Assembly (NCBI RefSeq): GCF_031769215.1
Contig: NW_026782087.1
Coordinates: 806,001-870,000 of the forward strand
Length of the DNA: 64,000 nt
From: Ylistrum balloti
Lineage: Eukaryota
Direction: 5' to 3'
Part shown: positions 1 through 13,428 of the stretch, one piece after another
How positions within the stretch are numbered: the first letter of the stretch is position 1
Layout: each line of letters starts with the position of its first letter
Made by a program: the position numbers and the translations under genes
The notes under the pieces: model-generated
Told to the model about the DNA's origin: nothing
Seen by the model: the letters and a program-made list of their open reading frames with translations, nothing else
The model's database searches: none

Positions 1-2388
1 TCTTGTCTTTGAACACCAAAAGCTGGCTGATCTGCAATTGAAAAAAAAAAATCAACAAAAAGCAGAAACAGCAAAACGATAAATTTTGAGGAACCTCTTG
101 CAAATTGATCAATTAACACTGACACCTCCTAGCTACCAAGATAAAATCTGCAATACTCATAACAATATTAAGATCATGTTCCTTTCTTCAACTTTTCAAT
201 ATGATTTTTGTCGGCCGTGGAAGAGTTTATATTTTGTTCGAGTTTGGAGGATGTCTTAACCACTTAAAAATAAATAAACATCTCAAAATTGGTGTCCACT
301 GCTTACTTGGAGTTTGTCCTAAATCTCCTTAAAAAGATTTTTATGAATGGTTATCAAGATAAAGACAGGAAAATCTTCGAAAAATTACATATTTGATTTC
401 TGTCTTTTCCACTGGCAACACAGAAAATTGCAAATATAGAAACATTGCAAGTAGCAAAAGGCATAACTACAACACTAGCCTGGAAAGGATACAAGTTTCA
501 CGGAGATGTCTGAATGGTTATGTTGAAGTCTGGTAATCTTGTAAACAGTAAATTAAGGTTTCTGACATTGTTTCCGTAGCATCAGAAAAAACATCAAGAC
601 TGAAAGCAAGCCAAAAGTGAAAGGCACAACTTGGGTTATAGTTGCTTAATGTAAATGAAGTTTTATAAAGATCAGATGAATGTCTTTCTAAAAACTTGGT
701 ATACACATCCCAAATTAATATCATTAGCAATGGCTTGTAATTGTGGAATATTGATAAAATTGACACAGAAGTTACAAAAATTAATGCCCTCTATTTATAC
801 ACAGTCTTCATAAGGTTTTCATCTTTGTTGCCTCGGTCAATATAAGAGAAAAGAAATGGTCTTGGGACTACTGACCATGTTTTTGTCTGTTTAGATCTAT
901 GTAACGTTACAGTTTCTCCCTACTGCAACATACTCGAAGACCATGTCATATTTCTGTAAGATGGAAATCATTGAATAGTTGTTGGTAAAGGTTGCTAAGC
1001 AAAGGTTAACTCTGGTGTTGTCTGAAAATCCTCTGCAGCTTTCTAGACACCCCAACCATCAGAAATTCTTAGGCTGTTGTTGGTGAATTTTCCCTGTGGT
1101 CGTTTGAAAATCCACTCAGGGTGTAATTCCTTCAATGGATGCTTTTGTGGATTTCCTAATGATGTCGTTGATCATTATGTCTAAATCAGAACTCAACACA
1201 TTAACACTAGTGGACACAATCCTTTCTTATTTTCTCTGTTCTCAAAAGGAAGTTGTAACAGATTACAAGAATGGTCAATTTGGCTGGTACATATCCATGT
1301 GAAGTCTTAATGAACATTTGAATCAGGAAAAACCGAAATTTATCTACAAGGCATTAATCAAACTTCTAACTCTTAATAACAATTCCACATTAGAAATATT
1401 AACTAAAATCAACTTGTGACCAGTCATGAATATACCCATTACAATTTTTAAAATAATATTCAAATACCTCAAAGTTCGGTTTAAGAATATGTTGATATAT
1501 TTTTAAGTAAGCTCTGCCCTGCTGAAAAAAAAACTATTATAACAAATCTAGTGACATGTTTTGTAGTCTGATATTTGCTTTCTTTGTCTTCCTGAAGATT
1601 AGTCATCACAATGCCAAAAGAAAATATATAAGCAATTCAACTTTATTGTTATTAAGTCCTTTATTCAGCGGATTCACAAATTTCCAGGTGACAGTATCTA
1701 CTGTGTAATGTGTTCCAATTAGCCTTATAAGGAAATGACATAAAACAAAGATATTACTCTACACTCACTACAGAATAACACAATTCTTAAGAGTATTTCT
1801 GAAAATTGGGGGGAAATAAAGATGAAATAGTACACAGTTTTTTTGTAGCAGCCCCAGCACAACCGATATCTTTTTTTTTGGGGCTTTATGACATGGCTGC
1901 CATAAGGGCTACACAGCTGATTGGCCTTCATGACATTGTGAACAAGTTGGGATTAAATCAAATGACCCAATATGTTATCGCTTCCATGTTTCAGACTTAT
2001 AAATGTCAGACGGCGCAGTGCAGCTAGCAGTTGCTGCACTCGATTCGCTGTGGAGGTCACTGGGCTACGACAACCGGCGGATCTGCAAGGTTGTTTACAT
2101 CGGTGCATCCCAGCTGCCATAATGTCGACCAAGACAAAACTGCTGACAGGCCAGCGATGTTACGTGGTTAGACAAAACCTAACACTTCGTCGGATAGCCG
2201 TTAATTATGTTTACATATAAACGCATAGTGTACATAGAACCAAACTACCTACATTTATAACGTATTGACAGAAACACCAGAATAACATCAATCGAACAAG
2301 ACATGTTCGTGGTTATAAGAACCATTACTGACGCGCCTAAACTGACTGACGATCGAAACCAAAGCAGAGAGAAATGACGGAGACTCAC

Positions 2389-2391
2389 CAT
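2389..2391 (-). other. Candidate start codon / first-exon end of an unidentified minus-strand gene
   Basis: The minus strand reads ...TGA AAA ATC AAG ATG|gtgagt: an ATG directly followed by a consensus donor, with an in-frame stop upstream, beside a promoter-like region. Downstream exons were not resolved. Confidence 0.3.
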
Positions 2392-2569
2392 CTTGATTTT
2401 TCACGGAAGACCCTCAAAGTCTACGGAACACTTCCCACAAGAAGATATCCTATTGGATCTTTTTGGCTTTTGATATATTTCAATCAACAAGTTCAGGTAC
2501 TACCGTCATCGTCGGCGATCCACTATCAACCACGGCTGAACAACAACTTGTCATAGGAAAATTCTGCAC

Positions 2570-2660
2570 TGCGATTGGTTGATTATCACGTGGGCGAGAA
2601 AAATTACCCATAGTTCCGTCGGTGCGCATGCGTTGTAAGCCACGTAATGGCGGAAACACA
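2570..2660. promoter_or_regulatory. Promoter motif cluster, probably driving the SLC25 gene and possibly bidirectional
   Basis: Inverted CCAAT (attgg 2574-2578), E-box CACGTG (2587-2592), NRF1-like TGCGCATGCG (2623-2632) and YY1-like ATGGCGG (2647-2653) in a locally CpG-richer patch of an AT-rich window. Confidence 0.6.
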
Positions 2661-5600
2661 TGATTCAACAGTGGGAGAACAAGCACCAAACAGTACCATT
2701 TTAACACACATCTCCTTAATGTTCACATGTAATCACTTAAATTTTAACTCATCATTGTTCATGTGTTCATTTAGGTTAATTCTTACATTTGCGCAACTCC
2801 TAATAGGAGAGTGATTAACGTTTGTCTATTGATGACATTTGGAAAATTGTCTGCGAAAACAACATCCGGGGAATTCATGTTAAGTAGCTGACAGGGGGCG
2901 CTCCGAATAATGTCAATAACACCAAATTTTTTTTTTGAAGTTTGAAGTCTTTTTAAATCCATAACGTTTGATCAAACCATCATGTGACTATATATACAAG
3001 GTCACGTATTGTGGTACTGGAACCGCAACTTAAATCATCTATTTTGTTCAAACATTTATTTCTAAAGACTTGTATTGCGAAAGTGAAAGTAGGATACATC
3101 ATAGACTTGCACAAGTTCATTATGCTATTAGTGATTATAGAAATATAACTGGTCAACGTGACGTTAATTCTCCAAAAGGTTGATACTACATTTTATTTAT
3201 AGGCTCATGAGAGTAATTTGATATGAAACAGACCATGCCTGAAAAGAGTATAGTGTTGCCAAAAGGCTGACCGTTATATTTTAACACCAGCATATTGTAC
3301 CTGCGAAACAGTAATTCAATACGCGTGATTAAACATAACAAAACTTTTTAAAAAAATATGTCTAGGTACATGCTGGAAACTTGTGTTGTATGTATACATT
3401 GCAATATGGATACATGTCAAAAACGACAGTAAGCCGTACATTGTCCCCTCCCATATTACACACAGCATGTTACTGATTACCCACAATTAGCTTAGATCAA
3501 ATACAAAGCGAATGTAACAGCAAAAATCTTTTTTTAATCTGTGTTTGATTTTTATAGCATTTAATAATAGAAATGTTTGTATTTTCTGTGTTTCAGTAAG
3601 CAATTTTTGTGCTTGTGTATATGTTGTACTGACATTGCTAATGATTGGCATTGTCATAACGGAATGTTGTTTTTTACCCTTTTAAACAATGGAAATTTTT
3701 AATTACAATTAGATTGGCTTAAAATGTTAGTTAACATACAGTTATTTTAGGTAATTCTGTAAAGTCTTTTGTGTTTGTGATAAAAGTACATCTCCCTTCC
3801 GTTCAGGGGTATTCTTCAGATGTCTTAGGAATACTGTCTTTTCAAATTAAGGATTGTATGATTATCTTGGATAACGGAGGCAATTCTGTTGATGGTTAGA
3901 GGCATTATTCAGTTTTAGAAAGAGCTTCACTCATGTTTTCGTGGCATCTCAGAGCTGGGCTCTTTATAGATTGAAATTATAACTCCTATAATTTGAATTG
4001 ATTTGATATGGACATGCTATTTAGCAATTTATTTAAAATCAGGTTGTTCATGCAGGGACCATATCTAAATTGCTATAACTATATTGTTATGTTCACCAAA
4101 ACAGCAAACTTTTGTTTTTCTAAAAAGTTGAAGAAGTACCATCCGTCATCAGTATGAATGTCCAAGAAGTTGACAAGAGAGCAGTTGTTGTGTGACATGT
4201 TATCTCCATTTCAGGTAACCCACATAGATGTATGTATATATATATATTATATATATTTATATATGTATGTATCTCCAGGTAAAACTGTAACCCACTGGGA
4301 ATTTAGCTCCACAGGGTTTTAAGTGTGAGTAATTTCTTCAAAGAAATCTTAATTGTCAATCAACATTTTTTGGTTTGAATTTTACTGGAGGGGATATCTT
4401 GTAAAAATCCATGAAGTTAATCTGTAAAACCTTTTATAAGTAGAGAAAAAGCTGAATTGGTTTCCTATAGACTGGGTTCTTACATATATATGCAGGCCAA
4501 AGATTGTATACATACTTGCCAACTTCTCAAAATTTTCATGGGGGAGAAAAGTGTATGAACAACATTTTTGACTCACCATGATGCCTTGCATGGTGCGCCA
4601 TTAGTCATGAAGGAAAAATTAATTAATGTATCTTTAATCAATACTTTTAGATAACTTTAAATTGATAAAGTGCATGCTTCACTATACTATGTCAATTTAA
4701 GAAATATCTTCTTTTTGGCTCAAGGAAGGATCAAGTTGGAATTTATTGATTTTAATTTTAAGTATTCATTGAACTTGCACAATATTAGATATGAAGATAA
4801 ATGATTATACAATATAAAACACACACCAGGGAATGATATGATAAAGAATGCTTAGATGTTGGACAGGGTTGTTTACAGGTGTCGTAGAGGTTGTTTACAA
4901 ATATCACAGAGGTTTATTTTCAAGAGGTTCTATTTTTCACGGATAGAATAAAATCACTGAAACCAAATGTATCAAGAAAATTGTGGGCAATTGCATAACC
5001 CTGCAATTATTCATCTCTTATTTCATCCGAAACTACAAAAGATGCTTGTGACTCATAACCGGGCATGGGATTATTACTCTTATAACATGGTACTGAATTA
5101 ATGAGCATACATGTAATATATTTGAAATACTAAAGACACATAATCATAGATATTATGAAATGAACTATAATTTTGCTTGACAAACACTACTGTACAAGGT
5201 ATTTTCTATCGGTAAAAGATAACGTAACTGGGGTTCTGTAAGTATGATTGAATTTGAATATATTTTACAATACTAGGAACATTATTATTAGAGTGAACTT
5301 TTGTTTCATTAGTAAATATGCTTTTATATACTTATACAATTTGAGGAGAACTCTTAAATGCTGGATATACACAATGTACCTTATGTACATCATTGTATGA
5401 AAATAAATGGAAGTCTTTTGTGTTTCCTTGGTAACATCTGTATAGTGGATAATGAATGAAGAAGCTGGTCACTAGTATTACTACTGATAGGATCTTTGCC
5501 CATGATCCATCACAGCTGTTCATCAAACTTAACAAAGCATTGAATATAGTCCAGAGAGATGTATTTTGCACAGGATTTTTTTGGTGTGTAAAAATCTGAT

Positions 5601-5694
5601 TTTTTTTTGGAAACACATTTCATCTAGACTGGGTTAAGCTTGATACCCAGCATAAATTTCTTGGAAGTTCATCAAGGCGTTGTTCTATTTGCAG

Positions 5695-5752
5695 AACTGA
5701 TAATAAGGGACCGGCCAGCTTCACAGATTGACTGGAATGTACACAAAAGTCG
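5695..5752 (+). other. Probable 5'-UTR exon of the SLC25 gene
   Basis: Acceptor ttctatttgcag and consensus donor gtaagt flank 58 nt lying between the promoter cluster and the first coding exon. Confidence 0.5.
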
Positions 5753-6940
5753 GTAAGTTATTTTGTGTTGTGTGAATATGATAACCAAACGGTTATAGTT
5801 TGGTCACTCATCATAATGTCTTAAAGCTGACTGTAAATTTAACAGTGGTATACATAAGTTGGTCACCAGAACATCATAAAGGAAGACAATGTTGTCTGAA
5901 GCTATTTCATGGCTTTGTTTATCCATTATATACTTTTGTGCCTCTTTCTTTTAAAATATCTTGTTTTTACTCTCTGGTTTCATGTCTTTTTCTTTCAATT
6001 TTCAACTGATCTCTTTTGAACTTGTTGGACTTGGTTTGAATATTTTCTTTTAAGCAATAGGATGGTTTGAAAAATTTTTAGATATCCCTCATTGTTTTTA
6101 GCCAAGTGATTTCAGAAGAAATTAGCTATTATTTGCCAACAAAAATGTTTGGTAATAATTTTGAAATGGACTTGAAATATTGGTTTTAAAAAGAATGCAT
6201 TTAGGAACATAAAAAGGAGTGATTTGTTTGGCTGTCATCCATAAAGTTTCTACACTTTAAACATTTCAATATCCAGAGTCACATATAGTCCAAAGTTGCC
6301 TAGAATGGTCCCGAGATGGTTATGACAAATTGGTGTTATTTTTTGGGTTAGTCCAAAATCTGATATGGCTTCCATCTTAAAAGACATATTTGATTAAGCT
6401 TCTCTAGGTCAACTTGGTCCCAAGAACTGAAATTCTGTGAAAATGTTAAGAGCCTGCTTGAAGAAAGCAGATTTTGTTTTTCACATTGACTGCTAAAATT
6501 CAAAATTTGTACCCCTACCACTACTGCTGTCATATCATTTACTGGTCTTTTACAGTCAGATGACTACTAAGGCCCATGGACCTCTTGTTTTATTTGACAT
6601 GACATCCTAATGGTCACCAAACATGAGATATAGCTCCAGTATTTTGCGGATTTCTTCATTAGTATACATGGAAGTTTTCTCATACTAACCCCAGGACATA
6701 CCTGGGTAGCCGTTATATTTTCCAGATCCCCCCATTAATATATTGGATGGCTTCCTTGTTACTTAACATAATATACAACTTCATTAAGTTGCAGATCCCC
6801 TTATTAGTATGACTGGTGGTTTTCTTGTTCCTAAACAGGAGACATTACTCTCATATGTTCATGGTTACTTCATTACTATGGCTAATGGGAGGGATCTCTC
6901 CAATAAGTTCCAGATCCCCAAATTAGTATGCCTGTTGGAA

Positions 6941-8020
6941 GATGTAGCTGTTCCAGGTTACCCCATTACTTTGCCTGGTGAGAGATGTAGCTGTGATATG
7001 TTCCAGGTTACCCCATTACTTTGCCTGGTGAGAGATGTAGCTGTGATATGTTCCAGGTTACCCCGTTACTTTACCTGGTGAGAGATGTAGCTGTGATATG
7101 TTCCAGGTTACCCCGTTACTTTGCCTGGTGAGAGATGTAGCTCTGATATGTTCCAGGTTACCCTGTTACTTTATCTGGTGAGAGATGTAGTTGTGATATG
7201 TTCCAGGTTACCCCGTTACTTTGCCTGGTGAGAGATGTAGCTGTGATATGTTCCAGGTTACCCCGTTACTTTACCAGGTGAGAGATGTAGCTGTGATATG
7301 TTCCAGGTTACCCCGTTACTTTGCCTGGTGAGAGATGTAGCTGTGATATGTTCCAGGTTACCCCGTTACTTTACCTGGTGAGAGATGTAGCTGTGATATG
7401 TTCCAGGTTACCCCGTTACTTTGCCTGGTGAGAGATGTAGCTGTGATATGTTCCAGGTTACCTTGTTACTTTGCCTGGTGAGAGATGTAGCTGTGGTATG
7501 TTCCAGGTTACCCCGTTACTTTGCCTGGTGAGAGATGTATCTGTGATATGTTCCAGGTTACCCCGTTACTTTGCCTGGTGAGAGATATAGCTGTGATATG
7601 TTCCAGGTTACCCTGTTACTTTGCCTGGTGATAGATGTAGCTATGATATGTTCCAGGTTACCTTGTTGCTTTGCCTGGTGAGAGATGTAGCTGTGATATG
7701 TTCCAGGTTACCCCGTTACTTTACCTGGTGAGAGATGTAGCTGTGATATGTTCCAGGTTACCCCGTTACTTTACCTGGTGAGAGATGTAGCTGTGATATG
7801 TTCCAGGTTACCCCGTTACTTTACCTGGTGAGAGATGTAGCTGTGATATGTTCCAGGTTACCCCGTTACTTTACCTGGTGAGAGATGTAGCTGTGATATG
7901 TTCCAGGTTACCCCGTTACTTTACCTGGTGAGAGATGTAGCTGTGATATGTTCCAGGTTACCCCGTTACTTTACCTGGTGAGAGATGTAGCTGTGATATG
8001 TTCCAGGTTACCCCGTTACT
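6941..8020. repeat. 50-bp tandem repeat, about 21 copies
   Basis: Unit ttccaggttaccccgttactttgcctggtgagagatgtagctgtgatatg recurs with an exact 50-nt period. Confidence 0.97.
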
Positions 8021-8207
8021 TGTCCAGATCCTCCCTATAAGTATGCTAGGTGGTTTCTTTGTTATTACTCCGCAGCAAAAGATGCTTATCTTTCCTCTAA
8101 ACTTTGTCTTATTTTCTATATTTACAGAGGTAATCTTAACTTTATATTGGTTTTCTGTTCCTCTTACAGATAAAAAGACTAGTTATTGATTTAAGCTGAC
8201 AACAAAG

Positions 8208-11200
8208 ATGGAGAAGAGTCCTTCCTATATACTGAATGACTACTTGGCAGGAGCCATTGCAGGTAGGTCAGTTCAGGATTTTATTTTTTTCTCCAATAAA
8301 TATCTCTAGATTGTTATGTTGCATATTTATCATTGAGGTAAAGGTTGCTGTGGCACATTTAATTACAAGAGAAAAAATAACATCCATGTTAGGTTTTCCA
8401 TCAGAGAGTTACTTCCCTTCATAAGGAAGGCGTGATTTCCTATCATAATCACAGGAACTTTGTTTCAGGATTTTGAGTGATGTATGACATCAATTAATAA
8501 CCACAACACAATAAATCCAATATGAAAACCCAATAAAAATTGAGTGTATAAATGTCTTTCATTTTACATCGATACCCCATATTTTTATAAGGTTTAGAGT
8601 GTGTATATATTAACCGATGTCAAACATTACTCAATATCTTGACAATAAGTCTAGGTGTAATGATATGGAAAGTCCAATGTTTAACCTGAGGAATTACTTG
8701 GTTTTATCTATTTATTTATTATGTTTCAAAAATATCTTCATTTCAAAGGGTTGTGATACTCTTAAAGTATTGAAGAAGTTCAGGTGAAATAATTGTTCGT
8801 CTGTAGAAAACCACTGTCAGCTGTCATATATAATCAACCATATGGTACCAAATGGGCTTGTCCACTGAAAGACCAAAATGCCATTGTAGCTGATGTAAAA
8901 CTTGTTGAACACAATAAATTAATAAACTCATCACTATTATTTACCACTAATATAACAGAGAATACTTGTCAATGAATTTTTGATTTTTCTGTTTCATAAA
9001 TGTATTAATGAAGGTAGTGAGGATGGAAATGAACACTCCGAAATCTCTGTTTAAGTTAGATGTTGATTTTCACTGTGACTTTATATGATTTATGGTTAAT
9101 TGGAAAATCATCACTCATTCTTGTTTTGTGTGTCTCATTGATTTGATATGTTTAGGTTCTGTGGGAGTAATAGCTGGCCATCCCTTTGACACTGTAAAGG
9201 TAAGTGTACTCAAGTATATGTACCAGGATTTTAATGTACGTTGTATGCAGTTGTGCAACAATACATTATATTTGTAACATACTACGGTATGGCATTATGT
9301 CGTACAATATAGTTGAACCATGCATGTCATATTATATGTATGTGTTAGGCAATGAATAAAACAGGAAAAAGTGACTGTTCACTGTAGTATAGATTGCTGT
9401 AGATATTTAATCCCTTCCTTTAATCCCTTCAAGTGTAGTATATAATGATTAGTGAATACTATATATAATGATGGTGACAGTGAATACTAACCTACTATAT
9501 ATTGCGTTACTATAGGTCCAGTTACAGGTTCAGTCTGTAGAGAACAAGTGTAGTATATAATGATGGTGACAGTGAATACTAACCTGCTATATATTGCGTT
9601 ACTATAGGTCCAGTTACAGGCAGTAGAATATGTAGTATATAATGATGGTGACAGTGAATACTAACCTGCTATATACTATAGGTCCAGTTACAGGTTCAGT
9701 CTGTAGAGAACAAGTGTAGTATATAATGATGGTGACAGTGAATACTAACCTGCTATATATTGCGTTACTATAGGTCCAGTTACAGGTTCAGTCTGTAGAG
9801 AACAAGTGTAGTATATAATGATGGTGACAGTGAATACTAACCTGCTATATATTGCGTTACTATAGGTCCTACAGGTTCTGTAGAGAACAAGTGTAGTATA
9901 TAATGATGGTGACAGTGAATACTAACCTACTATATATTGCGTTACTATAGGTCCAGTTACAGGTTCAGTCTGTAGAGAACAAGTGTAGTATATAATGATG
10001 GTGACAGTGAATACTAACCTGCTATATATTTCGTTACTATAGGTCCAGTTACAGGTTCAGTCTGTAGAGAACAAGTGTAGTATATAATGATGGTGACAGT
10101 GAATACTAACCTGCTATATATTACGTTACTATAGGTCCAGTTACAGGTTCAGTCTGTAGAGAACAAGTGTAGTATATAATGATGGTGACAGTGAATACTA
10201 ACCTGCTATATATTACGTTACTATAGGTCCAGTTACAGGTTCAGTCTGTAGAGAACAAGTGTAGTATAAATTGTAGAGAATGATTGTCATATAGAAATAT
10301 GGTAACAGTGAATACTGAACTCTCTCCTTTATATTACAGGGCTCTCGATCTGCCAGATTTGGGGCCAAATATCGGCCCCATTCCCGATGCAAAATGGTAT
10401 CTTTTTTTCCCAATTTAGACCCCAAGTTTTCCCAATTATAAGGAAAACACCATTATTTTTACCAATTCTAAGGCCCACGGGCCCCAGCCCCAAAATGGGC
10501 TGTGAGAGCCCTGTATTATTTCAGGTCCAGTTACAGGTTCAGTCTGTAGAGAACAAGTGTAGTATAAATTATAGAGAATGATTGTCATACAGAAAGATGG
10601 TAACAGTGAAAACTGAACTCTCTCCTTTATATAATTTCAGGTCCAGTTACAGGTTCAGTCTGTGGAGAACAAGTACAAGTCGTTATCAGACTGTGTGTCT
10701 ACAGTAAGGAAACAGAAATTGGTGGGTACTTGTTGAGTGTTTTGTTGTTAATGAAATTCGATTGATGATAAATCACTCCCAAACAGGCATGAAGACATTG
10801 TAGTTAACCCAAGGTCTAGTGTTTGAATATCAGGACCATGAAAGTAAAGGCAGAACTTAGTCTGGGCTAAACAAAACCTACCCTGATTTGAATATTATAT
10901 ATTGTTTAAAAAAGTATGAATTTTGTATCATTTAGGTAGAGAGTGTAGAGTCAACCCGTCATATCCTATTTGACAGATTTCTGTTTCTGGACCCCACTTA
11001 GGATACCCTAAGGTATGAAGGGTGTTTGATGGAAATGTAACAATTTGGGTCTGGGCTCATGAATTAACTTGTGTCACCCTGTTGTTTGTCCTCCTTCAAG
11101 ACATATATGTTACCACAATAAAATACTTTATAATTGTAATTTCATGGCATCTCTTTAATTGTAGACATGCTTAACTATAACTGCTTTTCTGATGCCTCCA

Positions 11201-13428
11201 TTTTAACATCAAGTTATTTACTATTTATAAGTCTAGTATAGAACCAATGTTGAAGTGCAACAGGTATTACTTTTTAGATATAGTCTGTCTTCAGACTGGT
11301 TGTGTTTTGATAATTGTGTGTATAAAGTTGACCTCTTTTGCTAACTGCAAAGGTACACTTGATAGAATTGTTGTATAGTTGATGGTTATACAGGAGGAGG
11401 AAGTGCCTCTCTAAAATATGGCCAAATGAGATCATTGTCAGCATACATTCACTGTCTAATATAGCTTCCCCAAGGTTATTCTATTTACAAAACAGCCATT
11501 GAGTTCCCATTATGGTAAATATTGATACAGTTGTTGCATACAGAGTGTTTCTTGTGCTCTTGTGTTGGCCTACAGGGCCTGTAGTTTCCATACTACTCAG
11601 TTGTCTGGTTATGTTCACTGTAATTCATATAGATCTCTCTCTGTTCTGACTTAGGTGTAAAGTAATCATTTTGCTTAAGATATCTTAAACATACATTTGA
11701 TATATATATACCAGTGGTCTAGACTGCTTATATGCATAAGTTCTCAAATATTGCTCTAAAAAATAGTTCCAGTTACTTTTGTAAAATCGATGGAATGATA
11801 TGTAATATGTTACCCAGCCAAACATCTGCCTGCACATTTCAGCAAGTTTTCTTCCCTAGCTTGTCCTTATTTCTTCATCATTTCAGTGCTCTAATGTTTG
11901 TTAGCTTTTCCTACCATTGATAATTCTGATTTGTACAAGTATTTGCCATCGATGAAATCTGACTTACAGAAAATTAATTCTGTTTGTAACCTGAATGTTT
12001 TTTTGTGAAAGGTGTATCATTGGTTTTGTAAACATATGTGGTGAAAGATATCTGTTAGTGCAATGGAAAAACTGTTCTCACAGCTTATATGCAAGGATTC
12101 AACAAAAGATATAGACTTAGGCGTAAAGTCAAAATAACATTTTACACTTTTGGACTTTGGGAACAACTTGAAGTAAAATAATTGAAGATATTGGTGACCA
12201 AAAGCCTATTGCAGGACTGGTCAGTTTCTGTTAAAAGTGACCACCAACAGGTCCAAGTCTGTTAGCTATTTGATATGACTAGGACAACATGTTAATGCAT
12301 TCTGATACTTTTTGCAGTCCAAAGGTTTTTTTCGTGGACTTTCCTGGCCCATGCTTTCTGCAGGAGTGATCAATTCAGTTTATTTCGGAGTGTATGGATA
12401 CACGCTGAAGGTACTTGGTGGAAACAAGGAAGAAAACAGTACGCCTCCCTACCTCAAGATATTGTTTGCAGGTTGTTTAGGAGGTGTGGTCCAGTTGATC
12501 CCAGCATGTCCAGCAGAGGTCATTAAGGTGGTCTTACAATCACAAATACCTCATGGCCACAACCAAGGAGGTTAGCATTATATATAGGTGAAATTGACTG
12601 TATCTTGAAATTTGTGTCAATGCAAAGTGTTCATAACTTGATGGTGATACTTACCTAGTAGTAATAAGGCCACCCATGTCTATTGCAGTTCAGTAAAATG
12701 CTAGTTGTTCATTGTCCTTCAATAAGCCCACACTGGAGTTTAACGTGTTTGCCCCTTGTTCTGATTTGTGATTGCTGCCCTGTTCTCTTATACAGAATGA
12801 ATCAAGAAGAAAAGCCAGAACAAATATTATCAAATATATTGGAAATTAGAAATATTAATAGCCTATTAATCAGAACTTTTGAAATATTGTTCATAGCTAA
12901 CAGATTGATATTGTATCTTCTCAACTTAATGTATGAGACACCATTCTGTTTTTGCCCTTTATAGCCAAATTTTACAAAGGTCCCTTGGAGGGTGCTGCAC
13001 ACATTGTGAGGCAACATGGTTTAAGAGGAATGTACCGAGGCCTGCCTACACAGTGTATCAGGGATGTTCCAGCCAATGGTATTTACTTCCTGGTGTTCGA
13101 GTTTCTTACCTTCAATGGTTCAAGTAAGCTACCTTTTATACCCTCTGCTGTGCAAAATTTTTTTGCTGGTGGTATAGCTGGCGTGCTGAGTTGGATGGCT
13201 ATCATGCCTTTTGATGTGGTGAAAAGTCGTCTTCAGGCTGACTGTGATAGCAAGCAGTTTAAAGGTTTTGTAGATTGTACAAGAGCTTGTTACAGACAGG
13301 ATGGTCCATCAGTGTTTTTCCGAGGTCTGTCCATGGTTGCTGTGAGAGCATTTCCAGTCAATGCCGTCACATTTATGGTCTACGCTGAAAGTATGAAACT
13401 TCTTGGAGAGGAAGTCAGTTATGCTTAA
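8208..13428 (+). CDS. Mitochondrial carrier, SLC25A45/47/48 subfamily (SLC25A45-like), about 298 aa
   Basis: Coding exons 8208-8262, 9156-9199, 10641-10721, 12318-12570, 12965-13428; all GT-AG and phase-consistent (897 nt). Three Px[D/E]xx[K/R] carrier signatures: PFDTVK, PAEVIK, PFDVVK. C-terminal RAFPVNAVTF. Orthology among 45/47/48 is not resolvable by eye. Confidence 0.9.
9431..10640 (+). repeat. 92-bp and 116-bp tandem array derived from the intron 2/exon 3 junction of the SLC25 gene
   Basis: Units contain ag|GTCCAGTTACAGGTTCAGTCTGTAGAGAACAAGT, nearly identical to the real exon start at 10641. Copies start at about 9516, 9608, 9682, 9774, 9866, 9951, 10043, 10135, 10227 and 10525; those at 9608 and 9866 are partial. 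Confidence 0.93.
10337..10513. mobile_element. MITE copy 1 (177 bp), TIR CAGGGCTCTC, 5-bp TSD
   Basis: cagggctctc...gagagccctg flanked by tatta/tatta; reverse orientation relative to copies 2 and 3. Confidence 0.9.

Noticed and set aside
480-1300. Protein-like minus-strand frames including the 82-aa ORF 518-766
   Set aside because: There are multiple stops in every frame, no usable splice chain and no recognisable family; possibly a decayed transposon or UTR.
6941-10640. Regularly spaced repeats resembling CRISPR arrays
   Set aside because: The units are contiguous tandem copies without unique spacers, the context is eukaryotic introns, and there are no cas genes.
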